NCBI GenBank assembly: GCA_963754315.1
Contig: CAVWFS010000019.1
Location: 32,001 to 96,000, forward strand
Reading direction: 5' to 3'
Source of the DNA: an uncultured Candidatus Rokubacteria bacterium
GTDB lineage: Bacteria > Methylomirabilota > Methylomirabilia > Rokubacteriales > CSP1-6
DNA length: 64,000 nucleotides
Positions 9,239-18,806 of the stretch are shown piece by piece. The translations under genes and the position numbers were made by a program. The notes below the pieces were generated by a model. That model made no database searches. It saw nothing but the letters and a program-made list of their open reading frames with translations, and was not told the origin of the DNA. The stretch's first letter is position 1; every line of letters begins with the position of its first letter.

Positions 9239-9802
9239 GAAGATGATCCGGATGCCCTCTTCGACGCCGATACCCGTGTGGATCACATCCTGGCGCGGGA
9301 CCACCACGACCTCGCCCAGATAGAGGTTGTTGGTGGGAATGAAGACGGTCACCATCTCGCGCTTTCCCCCGGGGGTCTCGACGAGTACCTCGCTCGTGAC
9401 AAAGCCAAAGGCGTACGCCCCTTCGCGCGGATGCTGTACGAGGACGACGGCCTTAAAGGCGCTGCGCCGCTCGGGCGAGAAGGAGTCGATGAGCATCTTC
9501 ACCGACGGGTACAGCAGCCGATAGATGGGCAGATTGAGGAGGAATCGCTCTCCCCAGCCCAGCACTCGCCGTCCCACCACGTTCCGGGCGATGATCCCCA
9601 TGACCAGGATGATGGCCACCGCGGTGAGGAACCCCAGCCCGAGGATGGGGCGCCCGAAGATGTGCGCATATAGCGGAGCGAAGAAGTCGTCGATACTGCT
9701 CCAGAAGATCCACAGGAGCCAGGCGGTGGCGATGGCAGGGACGGTAACGAAGAAGCCCGCCACGAAGCGTATCTTGAGCCAGTTCTTGAGCCAGGCCGGC
9801 AT
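9197..9802 (-). CDS. DUF502 membrane protein
   Basis: Two N-terminal TMs, LPIY..LY.SVK, HPREG.Y.FGFVT, VFIPT. Confidence 0.8.
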   Translation of the reverse strand: MPAWLKNWLKIRFVAGFFVTVPAIATAWLLWIFWSSIDDFFAPLYAHIFGRPILGLGFLTAVAIILVMGIIARNVVGRRVLGWGERFLLNLPIYRLLYPSVKMLIDSFSPERRSAFKAVVLVQHPREGAYAFGFVTSEVLVETPGGKREMVTVFIPTNNLYLGEVVVVPRQDVIHTGIGVEEGIRIIFSAGTATPPRLPRV

Positions 9803-9813
9803 CAGTAGCTAGC

Positions 9814-10554
9814 ATGCCATCACCCGAGGCGAGCCGAACGAAGAAACGCCGGCGTGCGCTCGTCACTGGTGGCGCCATACGGGTGGGACGGGGGATTGCT
9901 CTGGCCCTCGCCCGGAGCGGGATCGACGTGGCCATCGGGTATCATCGTTCGGCGGTCGCTGCTCGGGGAACGCTCAGAGAGCTAGCAGCGCTCGGGGGGC
10001 GCGCGGTCGCCATCCAGGCCGACCTAGCCTCTCCCTCGGAGGCGCGGCGCCTAGTGCGCGAGGCGGGGAGCGCTCTCGGTGGTCTGGACATCCTCGTCAA
10101 CAGCGCGGCGGTCTTCGCCCGTACGCCCTTCGACTCGGTAACGCCCGCCACCTATGACCGTTTCCTGGACCTCAACCTGCGGGGCTCCTTCTTCTGTGCG
10201 CAGGCGGCGGCGACCCTGATGAGAGGCGGCGGCGGTCACATCGTAAACATTTGCGACATTGCCGTGCATCAACGCTGGCCACACTACATCCCCTACACGC
10301 TGTCCAAAGCCGGACTCGTCGCCCTGACTCGCGTCCTCGCGGTGGCGCTGCGGCCCCGGCGCATTGCGGTGAACGCCGTGGCGCCTGGTGCCGTCCTTCG
10401 CCCCCCCGGCTTTCCCCTGGCGCGCTGGCAGCGCATCACCCGTGGCCACGCGGGATCGGTGGAGGACGTGGCGTCGGCTGTCGTGTTTTTCGCGACCTGC
10501 TCGCCCTACATCACCGGACAGGTCCTCAGCGTGGACGGCGGCGAGAGCGCGTGA
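9814..10554 (+). CDS. SDR oxidoreductase, pteridine reductase/FolM-like
   Basis: TGGAIRVGRGIA, YTLSK, VNAVAPG, ITGQVLSVDGG. Confidence 0.8.
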   Translation: MPSPEASRTKKRRRALVTGGAIRVGRGIALALARSGIDVAIGYHRSAVAARGTLRELAALGGRAVAIQADLASPSEARRLVREAGSALGGLDILVNSAAVFARTPFDSVTPATYDRFLDLNLRGSFFCAQAAATLMRGGGGHIVNICDIAVHQRWPHYIPYTLSKAGLVALTRVLAVALRPRRIAVNAVAPGAVLRPPGFPLARWQRITRGHAGSVEDVASAVVFFATCSPYITGQVLSVDGGESA

Positions 10555-10556
10555 GA

Positions 10557-11255
10557 CTAGGCTGGCCGCCCCCCGCCCATCGCACGCAGAAAGTCCCCCA
10601 GGGCGCTGAAGCGCATGAACGCATTCTGCCGCTTCTCGGCGCCGATGGTAGACGAGGCACCTCCGTAGTTGTGGCCAGGGAACAGGATCGTCTCGTCCGG
10701 CAGTGCCCCTAGGCGTTGGGTGAGTGAGTAATACATCTCGCTCGGATCGCTCCCGGGCAGGTCCGTGCGGCCGCAGGACCCGATGAAGAGCGTGTCACCC
10801 GATACCAGTCGTCCGTCGATGAGAAAGCACTGCGATCCCGGGGTGTGGCCAGGCGTGTGCAGGAAGGTCAAGGTCAGCCGCCCCACCGAGAGCGTATCGT
10901 GATTGTCGACCTTGACCAGGTCGGACCCGAAGCCCTTCAGGAACTCGCGCTCGGCCTTGTGGACGTACACCTTGAGGGGCACGCGGCCGAGCAACTCCTC
11001 CACACCCGGGATGCGTCCGGGCATGCCCCAGGACTCGAGACTGCCGCCGACGTGATCCTGATGCGTGTGGGTAACCAGAGCGGCCTTGAGCACCATACCG
11101 TCGCGTTCTGCCGTCTCCACAATTGTGTCGGTCTCCCACGCGGGATCCACGACCACGCACTCTCTGGCCACGGGGTCACCGATGAGATACACGAAGTTCT
11201 GCATCGGCCCGACCTCGAGCTGCTTCAGGTACACACTCTCCCTGGTGGACGGCAC
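10557..11255 (-). CDS. MBL-fold metallo-hydrolase (glyoxalase II-like)
   Basis: THTHQDH, HTPGHTPG, SGDTLF..CGR.DL, PGH. Confidence 0.88.
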   Translation of the reverse strand: MPSTRESVYLKQLEVGPMQNFVYLIGDPVARECVVVDPAWETDTIVETAERDGMVLKAALVTHTHQDHVGGSLESWGMPGRIPGVEELLGRVPLKVYVHKAEREFLKGFGSDLVKVDNHDTLSVGRLTLTFLHTPGHTPGSQCFLIDGRLVSGDTLFIGSCGRTDLPGSDPSEMYYSLTQRLGALPDETILFPGHNYGGASSTIGAEKRQNAFMRFSALGDFLRAMGGGRPA

Positions 11256-11256
11256 G

Positions 11257-13017
11257 CTATCCCTTGAAATCATCCAAGTTGGGGAGGTCGCCGAGCTGAC
11301 GGGCCTCGAGGGTGTAGATGGCCGGGGCCGTCTTGGTGCGCACGAAGACCCGATCCCCCTCTCGCTTGCCGACCAGCACCGTACCGATCTCACTGCCGTC
11401 CGCGCGCTGCAAGGTGATCTCGAGCTCCGGTGGGTCGAGGCCGTAGCGGGCGGGCTCCTCCCCGCGCGGAGCCACGATGTCCTTCCATTTGAGCGCGCGC
11501 GCCGTGTACAGGAGATCGTCGACTCTGGCGCTCTTGGCGGCACCCTTGCTCGGTTCCACCATGCGCCACTCGTTGTCCCCTTGGCGTTCCAGGACCATGC
11601 TCTGGGTGCCGCGTTTGAGGGCTACCCGCTTGACATCCTTCGGCTCAACCTCCCCCAAGAGCCGCCGATCGCGCAAGTCGTTGAGAGTGCGACCGAGGTC
11701 TTTGAGGGCCGCCGCATCGACCAGCACCAGGGGACCGCTACCCGCCACTGCCGCGTACGCCGAGGGTTGGTTACCCCTGCGCTCCGGAGAGGGAGCGAGC
11801 AACACGGTGGTGGCACCGCCTCCCTCGAGGGTCATGGTCACCCGCAACTCCGGCTTGGCCAGGTAACGCGGGATCCCCGAGGCATCCTCGGTGAGGAACG
11901 CCTGCGCCTTGAGCTCGCCCAGTTTTCGCAGCAGCGCGCCGGCTTCGACCTGGTCGGCCCCCATGGCCTCAGGGGCGACGATACGCCACTGATTGTTCTC
12001 GCGGGCGAGGGTGACGGTCCCTTGGGCGCCGTCGATCTCGATCTTGGTCACCTTGTCGCGATCGAAGGCGACCACGGTCTTGTCTCGCACCGCGGCCATG
12101 CTTTTCGGGAGTGCCTTCCAGACATCTTCGGGGAGAAGCAGGACACTCGGCTCCCCCGGCCGCATGGCGTACACACCCTGCTTGGTGGCATCGACCCGGC
12201 CCACGAGCAGAGTCTTGGTCGCCCGGTCCTTGTCGCGTCCGGTCTGGACATCGACCCGGAAAGGACGATCGAGCCCGTAGCTCTGAAGCGATGCGGGCGC
12301 CTCTGCTGCGAACTCCTTCACGCGTGCTGCTCCGAGCTTCTCGAGGAATTCGGTGACGGCCTCGCCGTCGGCAGCGCGGGCAGCCGGGCGCGTCAACTTC
12401 CACTTTCCGCCGTCGGCGACGAGCCCCAAGGTCTCGTCGGGGGTATTGATGTCGAGACCAGTCACCGCGCCGCGGTCGAAAGTCAGCACGGTCTTGTCGC
12501 GATAGTCAGCGACAGGCCGCGAGGCATCGCGCAGCACGCTGTCGGGAAGGGCCACCACCGCCGCCTTGCCCTCTTCGCGCCCATACACCCACACCCCGGT
12601 CGGGTTCTTGCTGCCGAGTTGCACTCCGAGCCGGCGGCCGTCCTTGAGGGTGAAAGTGACCTCGGCCTTCGGCGCATCGAGCCCGAACTCAGCCAGTGAG
12701 GCAGGGGCAGCAGCGATCTCGCGGTCAATCTTGGCGGTGAGAATCGAGGTGATCAGCTCGTCGATGGCGGCCCGATCGCCCCGCGTCTCTATGGGCGCGA
12801 GCATCCGCCAGCCCTCTCCTTCCCGCCGAAACTTCAGAACCTCGGGGCCACGCTTGATCTCCACGTCACTCACGTTCCCCGCCTCCGCGGAGAACATCTG
12901 CCCCTTGCGGCCTTCCGCCTTCTCCCGCTCGGGTCCCAGGCGAATCTCGTAGACGTAATAGAACGCCCCGAGCAGCAGGAGGATGACGGCAAGGCTCGCC
13001 GTCGTCTGCCAGCGCAT
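11257..13017 (-). CDS. DUF4340 multi-domain membrane-anchored protein
   Basis: N-terminal TM, three internal repeats with (Y/F)GLD.P and RD(K/R) motifs. Confidence 0.75.
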   Translation of the reverse strand: MRWQTTASLAVILLLLGAFYYVYEIRLGPEREKAEGRKGQMFSAEAGNVSDVEIKRGPEVLKFRREGEGWRMLAPIETRGDRAAIDELITSILTAKIDREIAAAPASLAEFGLDAPKAEVTFTLKDGRRLGVQLGSKNPTGVWVYGREEGKAAVVALPDSVLRDASRPVADYRDKTVLTFDRGAVTGLDINTPDETLGLVADGGKWKLTRPAARAADGEAVTEFLEKLGAARVKEFAAEAPASLQSYGLDRPFRVDVQTGRDKDRATKTLLVGRVDATKQGVYAMRPGEPSVLLLPEDVWKALPKSMAAVRDKTVVAFDRDKVTKIEIDGAQGTVTLARENNQWRIVAPEAMGADQVEAGALLRKLGELKAQAFLTEDASGIPRYLAKPELRVTMTLEGGGATTVLLAPSPERRGNQPSAYAAVAGSGPLVLVDAAALKDLGRTLNDLRDRRLLGEVEPKDVKRVALKRGTQSMVLERQGDNEWRMVEPSKGAAKSARVDDLLYTARALKWKDIVAPRGEEPARYGLDPPELEITLQRADGSEIGTVLVGKREGDRVFVRTKTAPAIYTLEARQLGDLPNLDDFKG

Positions 13018-13029
13018 CAGCCAGATCCC

Positions 13030-14550
13030 CTAATTGGCGGCGCGCCGTCGCACGGCGGCCACCACGCCGCCTGCTAGCACCAGCCCTGGCAAGATCACCA
13101 CCGGCAGCAGGAAGCTCAGCCAGCCCTGCTGAGCTGTGAGAAAGACTGGCGTGGACTTGGTCTCTTTCGGGCGAATCGAGATCTGATCCTCCTGCTCCGC
13201 CAGCCAGCTCACCGTGTTGAGGAAGAGGTCGCGATTGCCCTGAATGTTGAGGAACTGATTGGACGCAAGGTTCGACGTCCCGTAGACGACGATCCGGGCC
13301 TTGTCCTTCGTGACCACCACCGCCACCGAGGGGCCGGTGGCGTCCTTCTCGTCGGGTTTGGCCTCACCGCGGTTGAGGGCGGCCCGATCGGTTTCCCCCC
13401 ACGCTTGGGGACTCGTCTTGACGAGCGCCTGCACATTCATGCCGGGGGGCGGTGCCTTGGCTGGCGACACGCTGCGCGTGAGGGGGAAGAGGGTCATCAC
13501 CCCGGCCAGGTCGCGCGTCACCGGGTGCGGCTCGTATTGCTGCACGATCGGTACTTCGGGCCCGATCCCGAACAGACGACCGATGGGATTACCCTCGATG
13601 ACCAGATCATCGCCCAGATCGACCCCGTAGCCGGCCAAGAACTTCTTCATGCCCTCGTTCTGGAATGGATTGACCATGACGAACAGCTTGCCGCCCTTCG
13701 TCAAGTACGCGTTGAGCGCGTCGATCTCCGGCGCCAGCGGGTCCGTGCGCGGACCAGGATCGATCACCACCGCCGCATCGTCGGGAACCTTCGCCTCGCG
13801 CGCCAGTCCCAGGGGCTTGACCTCGTAGTTGGCGCTCTCCAGGGCGCGCTTGGCCTCGCTGAAGCCTGCCCGCTCCGTGTTGTTGAGCTCGTGCTCACCA
13901 TGCCCCTGCAGGACATAGACGATGCGCTTGCCTTCCCGCGTCAGGCGGACCAGACCGTTGGTGAGCTTCTCCTCCTCGGCGTCGGTGACCTTCTCCGACT
14001 TATCCTTCGTCTCCAGCACCACCGTGCCGTAGGTCTCGACGTTGTAGCGGCGGGCCAACCCCGGCTCCCGGTCGGGGTCGACCACCTTCCAGGTGAAGCG
14101 ACCACCCGCGTAGCGGGCGTACTGCTTGAAGAGGTCTTCGGCCACACGCTTGCCCGGCTGGTCACTGCGAAAGAACGCGACGGCGTTGACGTCGGTTTTC
14201 AGATCACGCAGTAACTGGACGGTCTGGGGGGCCACGCTGTTGCGGCGGTTGTCGGTGAGATCGAGCCGCGCATTGTGGCGGTACGACACCGCCTCGACGA
14301 CGGTGATGATCCCCAGGAGAAGCAGGATCATAAGCGCCGTGTTGAATCCGTACCGCGCGGTGCGGCTGCTGAGAGTGGCCCGCGCCTGGCGCAGGTACAC
14401 GAGCAGGGAGAGGACGACGAGGACGGAGCCGACTCCAACGAGCCATGGACGTATGCGCAACCAGTCCGGCCGCGCAAAGGGTAAGATGAGAGCGGCGGCG
14501 AGCAGGACCAATCCTCCATAACCCGCCCAGTCGAGAATCTTTCTGATCAT
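13030..14550 (-). CDS. GldG-like ABC transporter auxiliary protein
   Basis: LDLTDNR, VDPDREP, GHGEH, GNRDLFLN.VSWL, C-terminal TM. Confidence 0.8.
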   Translation of the reverse strand: MIRKILDWAGYGGLVLLAAALILPFARPDWLRIRPWLVGVGSVLVVLSLLVYLRQARATLSSRTARYGFNTALMILLLLGIITVVEAVSYRHNARLDLTDNRRNSVAPQTVQLLRDLKTDVNAVAFFRSDQPGKRVAEDLFKQYARYAGGRFTWKVVDPDREPGLARRYNVETYGTVVLETKDKSEKVTDAEEEKLTNGLVRLTREGKRIVYVLQGHGEHELNNTERAGFSEAKRALESANYEVKPLGLAREAKVPDDAAVVIDPGPRTDPLAPEIDALNAYLTKGGKLFVMVNPFQNEGMKKFLAGYGVDLGDDLVIEGNPIGRLFGIGPEVPIVQQYEPHPVTRDLAGVMTLFPLTRSVSPAKAPPPGMNVQALVKTSPQAWGETDRAALNRGEAKPDEKDATGPSVAVVVTKDKARIVVYGTSNLASNQFLNIQGNRDLFLNTVSWLAEQEDQISIRPKETKSTPVFLTAQQGWLSFLLPVVILPGLVLAGGVVAAVRRRAAN

Positions 14551-15314
14551 CCCTTCCACCGACGCGCTTCCAGTGAGCGCAGGCTAAGAAACAAGGCCAA
14601 GGCGATGAAGCTCAGGTAGTACACGATATCCCGCGTGTCCAGCACGCCTTTGCCGAAGTTGTCGAAGTGCTCGATCAGCGATAGGTGCGAGAGGATCCGG
14701 CCGCCCGTCCCCCCGACGGTGTCGGCTGTCCACCCGATCACCCAAAAGAGGAGGAGGATGCCGAAGGTTGTCATGGCGGCGACGATTTGGTTCTCGGTGA
14801 GCGACGACGCGAAGATCCCGGCCGCGATGAAGGCTGACCCCAAGAGCACGAGCCCCACGTAACCGGTGAGGACGGGGCCCCACTCGAGCCGCGCGAACGA
14901 GAACACGATGAGCGGATAGAGCAAGGTCAGCGCCAGCATCACGACATAGAGAGCCAGGGCCGCCAAGAACTTGCCGACGAGGACGGCCCCGTCCCGCACG
15001 GGATAGGTAAGGAGCAGCTCGATGGTGCCCGACCGCCGTTCCTCCGCGAAGAGCCGCATGGTGATGAGCGGCATGAGGAGGAGCAGGATGACGCTCATGT
15101 TGGAGAACAGCGGCCGCAGCACATTATCGGTGACGCTGAGATCGCGCCCCATCTGGGGATTCATGGCCACCTGGAGGGAGGCACGAGCAAAGAAATCGAA
15201 GATGGCAAAGAAGAAGTAGCCGGCCAGGACCAGGAAGACGGCGATGACGACGTAGGCCGTGGGTGACGTGAAATACAGGCGCATTTCCTTCTTGAAGATG
15301 GGCCAAACCTTCAC
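14547..15314 (-). CDS. ABC-2 permease (GldF-like)
   Basis: KEMRLYF.SP.AY, TMRLFAEERRSGTIELLLT.P, SSLTENQIVA. Confidence 0.85.
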   Translation of the reverse strand: MKVWPIFKKEMRLYFTSPTAYVVIAVFLVLAGYFFFAIFDFFARASLQVAMNPQMGRDLSVTDNVLRPLFSNMSVILLLLMPLITMRLFAEERRSGTIELLLTYPVRDGAVLVGKFLAALALYVVMLALTLLYPLIVFSFARLEWGPVLTGYVGLVLLGSAFIAAGIFASSLTENQIVAAMTTFGILLLFWVIGWTADTVGGTGGRILSHLSLIEHFDNFGKGVLDTRDIVYYLSFIALALFLSLRSLEARRWKG

Positions 15315-16288
15315 GCGCCTCGCTCCTCCCCAGACCCGTCAGGACCGCCGTCGAGGGGCGTTTCCTCGCCCGCCACGATCCGCATGAACACCTCTTCCAA
15401 GGTTGTCCCCACCCGCCGGAGCTCGCGCAGCTCCCAGGTGCGCTCGGCGGCGAGTCGAAAAATCTCGGCGCGCACATCGCGCCCGGGCGCCGATTCCACC
15501 AGGTAGCCGCCACCGTCGCCGCTGCTTTCCCCCACGGTCAGCACCCCGGGAATGCTCTGCAGGCCCTCCCGGACCGCAGGTGACGGCCCCCCGATCTGTA
15601 CCTGAACCCGAGACGTCGGGAAGAACTGCTCGACGAGGGTGTCGATGGGTCCCTGGGCTACGACCGAGCCCTTGTTGATGATGATCACGCTGTCGCACAC
15701 CATCGAGACTTCGGGCAGGATGTGCGTGGAGAGGATCACCGTGTGGTCCCCGGCCAGAGACTTGATCAGTGACCGGATCTCGGTAATCTGCCGGGGGTCG
15801 AGACCGATGGTGGGCTCGTCAAGGATCAGCACCTGAGGGTCATTGACGATGGCCTGGGCCAGACCGACCCGCTGGCGGTAACCCTTGGAGAGCTTGCCGA
15901 TGAGCCGATTCTGCATGTCGGAGACCAGGCACCGATCCATCACGTCCGCCACCCGTCCCTTGCGCTGGGCCCGGGGCACGCCTTTGACCTCGGCGACAAA
16001 ATCGAGGTAGGGGGCCACCCGCATATCGGTGTACAGCGGCACATTCTCCGGCAGGTAGCCGATGCGCTTGCGGACCTCCATGGAATCGCTGAAGACATCG
16101 TAGCCGGCCACCCGAGCCGTCCCGCTGCTGGCCGGCATGAAGCACGCCAGAATACGCATGGTCGTCGACTTCCCGGCGCCATTGGGGCCAAGGAATCCGA
16201 CGATGGTTCCCGGCGCCACGCCGAACGAGACGTCGCGAATGGCGGTGACGGGACCGTAGTGTTTGGTGAGCGCCTGGACCTCGATCAT
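15311..16288 (-). CDS. ABC transporter ATP-binding protein (GldA-like)
   Basis: GPNGAGKST, LSKGYRQR, LILDEPT, STHIL. Confidence 0.92.
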   Translation of the reverse strand: MIEVQALTKHYGPVTAIRDVSFGVAPGTIVGFLGPNGAGKSTTMRILACFMPASSGTARVAGYDVFSDSMEVRKRIGYLPENVPLYTDMRVAPYLDFVAEVKGVPRAQRKGRVADVMDRCLVSDMQNRLIGKLSKGYRQRVGLAQAIVNDPQVLILDEPTIGLDPRQITEIRSLIKSLAGDHTVILSTHILPEVSMVCDSVIIINKGSVVAQGPIDTLVEQFFPTSRVQVQIGGPSPAVREGLQSIPGVLTVGESSGDGGGYLVESAPGRDVRAEIFRLAAERTWELRELRRVGTTLEEVFMRIVAGEETPLDGGPDGSGEERGA

Positions 16289-16321
16289 ACGGCCGACCGT
16301 GGAGTATACACCCGGTACGGC

Positions 16322-17335
16322 TTAGAGGTACTGTCCGTAGCGGATCTTCTCCACCACACCCCGGACGTGCTTGTATTCGTCGATGGCAACGAGGAGGTCC
16401 TCCGTGGTCACCGGCGAGGTGTCGTTGGTGGCTGCAGCCCGGTGGACCTTGGTCTCCAAGGCCCGCTGCACGATCTGGGACATCTCGGCCCCGCTCATGC
16501 CGCCCATGACCGGGAGCACCGTCCGGTAGTCGATGGTGGCGAAGACCGTGCGGCCGGCTTGGCGCTCGATCTTCGCGCGGATCAGGTCGAGGATCTCCTG
16601 CTGGTCAGCGACGTCGGGAAGGGCGACTTCCACGAGGTGGTCGAGCCGACCCGGAGCCACGAGGGCGGGATCCACCACGTCCGTGCGGCTGGTCGAGGCG
16701 ATGACGAGGATGCGCGCGGTCTCCTCCAGGCCGTCCAGCTTCTCGCACAGCGCCGCCACCAGGCGGGCGCTCGCTTCGCGGGCCTGAGGAGGCGGCAGCA
16801 GATGCTCGAGAGCGAGGGCGTCGGCCTCGTCGAGAAGGAGTACCCCCCGCCCTTCACCGACGGCAATGCGAAGAATCTCCTGAAGCAACTCGCCGGTGTT
16901 CACACCGAACTTCGTGGTGAGGTTGAACAGCTTCAGGTGATAGAAGATAGCCGCCGCGGCCGTAGCCAGGGCCCGGGCCAGGGTCGCCTTTCCGGTCCCG
17001 GGCGGGCCATAGAGCAGGAGGCCGCGTGGGGGGCGGATCCCCCACTGGGCGTACAGTTCCGGCGACGTGAGCGCGTACGCGAAGCCGCGCAGGGTGGCTT
17101 TGGCCTCCTTGAGGCCGCCCACCTCGTCGAAGGACACGTTGGGCTGGATCTTGGTCTCCACCCGGCCCGTGAGATCGCCAAACTTCTCACCGAGCTTGGC
17201 GAATACGTCCTCGATACGACGCTGAATCGCCCACTGTAGATCGCTTGGATCGGCCCGTTTCCCAACGCCTTCCGCTTCCGCGTCCGCGACACCGCTCCGC
17301 TCGCGCCAATTGGAACTCGGCACCGATTCGCTCAC
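16322..17335 (-). CDS. Single-domain AAA+ ATPase-like protein with C-terminal GQYL
   Basis: FDEVGGL, GPPGTGKAT, LLLDEAD, DPALVAPGRLD, GMSGAE; ends EKIRYGQYL*. Confidence 0.85.
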   Translation of the reverse strand: MSESVPSSNWRERSGVADAEAEGVGKRADPSDLQWAIQRRIEDVFAKLGEKFGDLTGRVETKIQPNVSFDEVGGLKEAKATLRGFAYALTSPELYAQWGIRPPRGLLLYGPPGTGKATLARALATAAAAIFYHLKLFNLTTKFGVNTGELLQEILRIAVGEGRGVLLLDEADALALEHLLPPPQAREASARLVAALCEKLDGLEETARILVIASTSRTDVVDPALVAPGRLDHLVEVALPDVADQQEILDLIRAKIERQAGRTVFATIDYRTVLPVMGGMSGAEMSQIVQRALETKVHRAAATNDTSPVTTEDLLVAIDEYKHVRGVVEKIRYGQYL

Positions 17336-17341
17336 GCCGGT

Positions 17342-17866
17342 TCAGATTTGCTGCCGCCGGGGTGAGGGTGCTAGGAGCTCACTCTTGTCGAAAACGCGGG
17401 CCTCCACAAAGACGGGGATCTTGGCCCGCAGTGCCAGCGCGATGGCATCAGACGGCCTCGCGTCGAGCTGCATGGGTGACGTCGCGCTTTGCAGGTACAG
17501 GATCGCGTAATAGATGCCGTCCTGTAGGTCCGTGATCACCACCCGGCTCAAGGTGACCTGGAGGCGACCGAACAACGTCAAGAAGAGATCGTGGGTGAGC
17601 GGGCGGGCGGTGGCCACACCCTGAAGCGGCACAGCGATGCTGGTCGCCTCCGCCAGCCCGATGGCGATGACGAGCTGACGCTTGTCACGCTTGCCCTCCA
17701 GCACGATGACAGGCTGCTGTGTGCTCCTGTCCTGCATGACCCTGACGACCGTCACTTCCTGGGCGGAGGGCAGGGCCGGACCTTCAGCGCGCTCCCGCGC
17801 GTTGGCTGCCGATGCGAGGGCAGCGACGATCAGGACCAAGGCTCCGAGTCGACCCCTCCCTCTCAT
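17342..17866 (-). CDS. Bifunctional nuclease (DUF151) family protein with signal-like N-terminus
   Basis: I.IGL.EA.SIA, RPLTHDL, IYYA.L, DARPSDAIALALR; GAGGAG RBS. Confidence 0.85.
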   Translation of the reverse strand: MRGRGRLGALVLIVAALASAANARERAEGPALPSAQEVTVVRVMQDRSTQQPVIVLEGKRDKRQLVIAIGLAEATSIAVPLQGVATARPLTHDLFLTLFGRLQVTLSRVVITDLQDGIYYAILYLQSATSPMQLDARPSDAIALALRAKIPVFVEARVFDKSELLAPSPRRQQI

Positions 17867-17975
17867 AGGGCTCCTCGCTGCGCTCCGAATGCGGTCAGTA
17901 TAAGCCGTTTCTGGCGGCGGCAGGAGAGTCTCGGAAGGTCAAAATCCCCTTAGAATGGCCCTACGCGACTCCAGC

Positions 17976-18806
17976 ATGGCGACGACCGAGACCCTGCTCG
18001 TCCGTTCTCTAGAGACCAGTCGGGCCGGCCTCCGGCTGACCTTGGACCCCGCGTTCCAAGGGCTGCCGGGGGTCGCGCACGGCGGAAGCGTGCTGGCGGC
18101 GTTTGATGTGGCGGCCGCGCTCGGTGGAAGCCGGCGGGTGGTCGGTCACTATCGGCGCCGCGTACCCCTCGGGACCCCTCTCGGCCTCGAGGTGGAGCGC
18201 ATCGACGGGGCGGCGCGTTGTCGCCTGCATGATTCGGCTTCCGTCCTCGTGGAGGGTGGGATCGACCCCGCCGAACTTTCGCCCGTCGCGGCGCCGCGTT
18301 CGGCCGGCGAGGGCACTCCCTTACCAATTTCGAGCACGTGCTTCGTGTGCGGCGTCGAGAACTCCGTGGGACTGCGGGCTCGGCTCTGGTTCGATGACGT
18401 CACTGTCGGCGGTACGTGGAAGCCGGACGCGCGCTTCCGTGACGCGCAGGGGAACCTCTCCTCACTCGCCTTGCTGGCTTTGCTCGACGAGGCTGCGTTC
18501 TGGCTGGGCGCTCTGGCCACCGGGGAGTCAGGCATGACCACGGAGCTCGCGGTGACCATAGCCGGACGGATACCGCTCGACACTACGCTGAACCTCAATG
18601 GCGCGCGGGCCAGCACGCGGCCGAGCACCGACGACCAGCGATACTGGCGGACGCAGGTGGAGGCGCGCGAAGATACCGGGCGGTTGGTGGCGGCGGCGGA
18701 TATCACTTTTGTCGCCGTCCGGGGGGCAGCGCGGAAGCTGGCCTCGTGGGTGGCGCCGCTGAACCCACCTGAAGTTCTACACCGCATCTTCCCCGCCTAC
18801 GCGTGA
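17976..18806 (+). CDS. Double hotdog-fold thioesterase-like protein
   Basis: FQGLPGVAHGG in first domain; CFVCG.EN..GL and LLDEA in second; alternative ATG at 17955. Confidence 0.65.
   Translation: MATTETLLVRSLETSRAGLRLTLDPAFQGLPGVAHGGSVLAAFDVAAALGGSRRVVGHYRRRVPLGTPLGLEVERIDGAARCRLHDSASVLVEGGIDPAELSPVAAPRSAGEGTPLPISSTCFVCGVENSVGLRARLWFDDVTVGGTWKPDARFRDAQGNLSSLALLALLDEAAFWLGALATGESGMTTELAVTIAGRIPLDTTLNLNGARASTRPSTDDQRYWRTQVEAREDTGRLVAAADITFVAVRGAARKLASWVAPLNPPEVLHRIFPAYA

Noticed and set aside
11065..12699. Long antisense ORFs (also 27252-29147, 56713-58383, 58729-59958, 52072-53385)
   Set aside because: Shadows of real genes in high-GC DNA; no recognisable motifs
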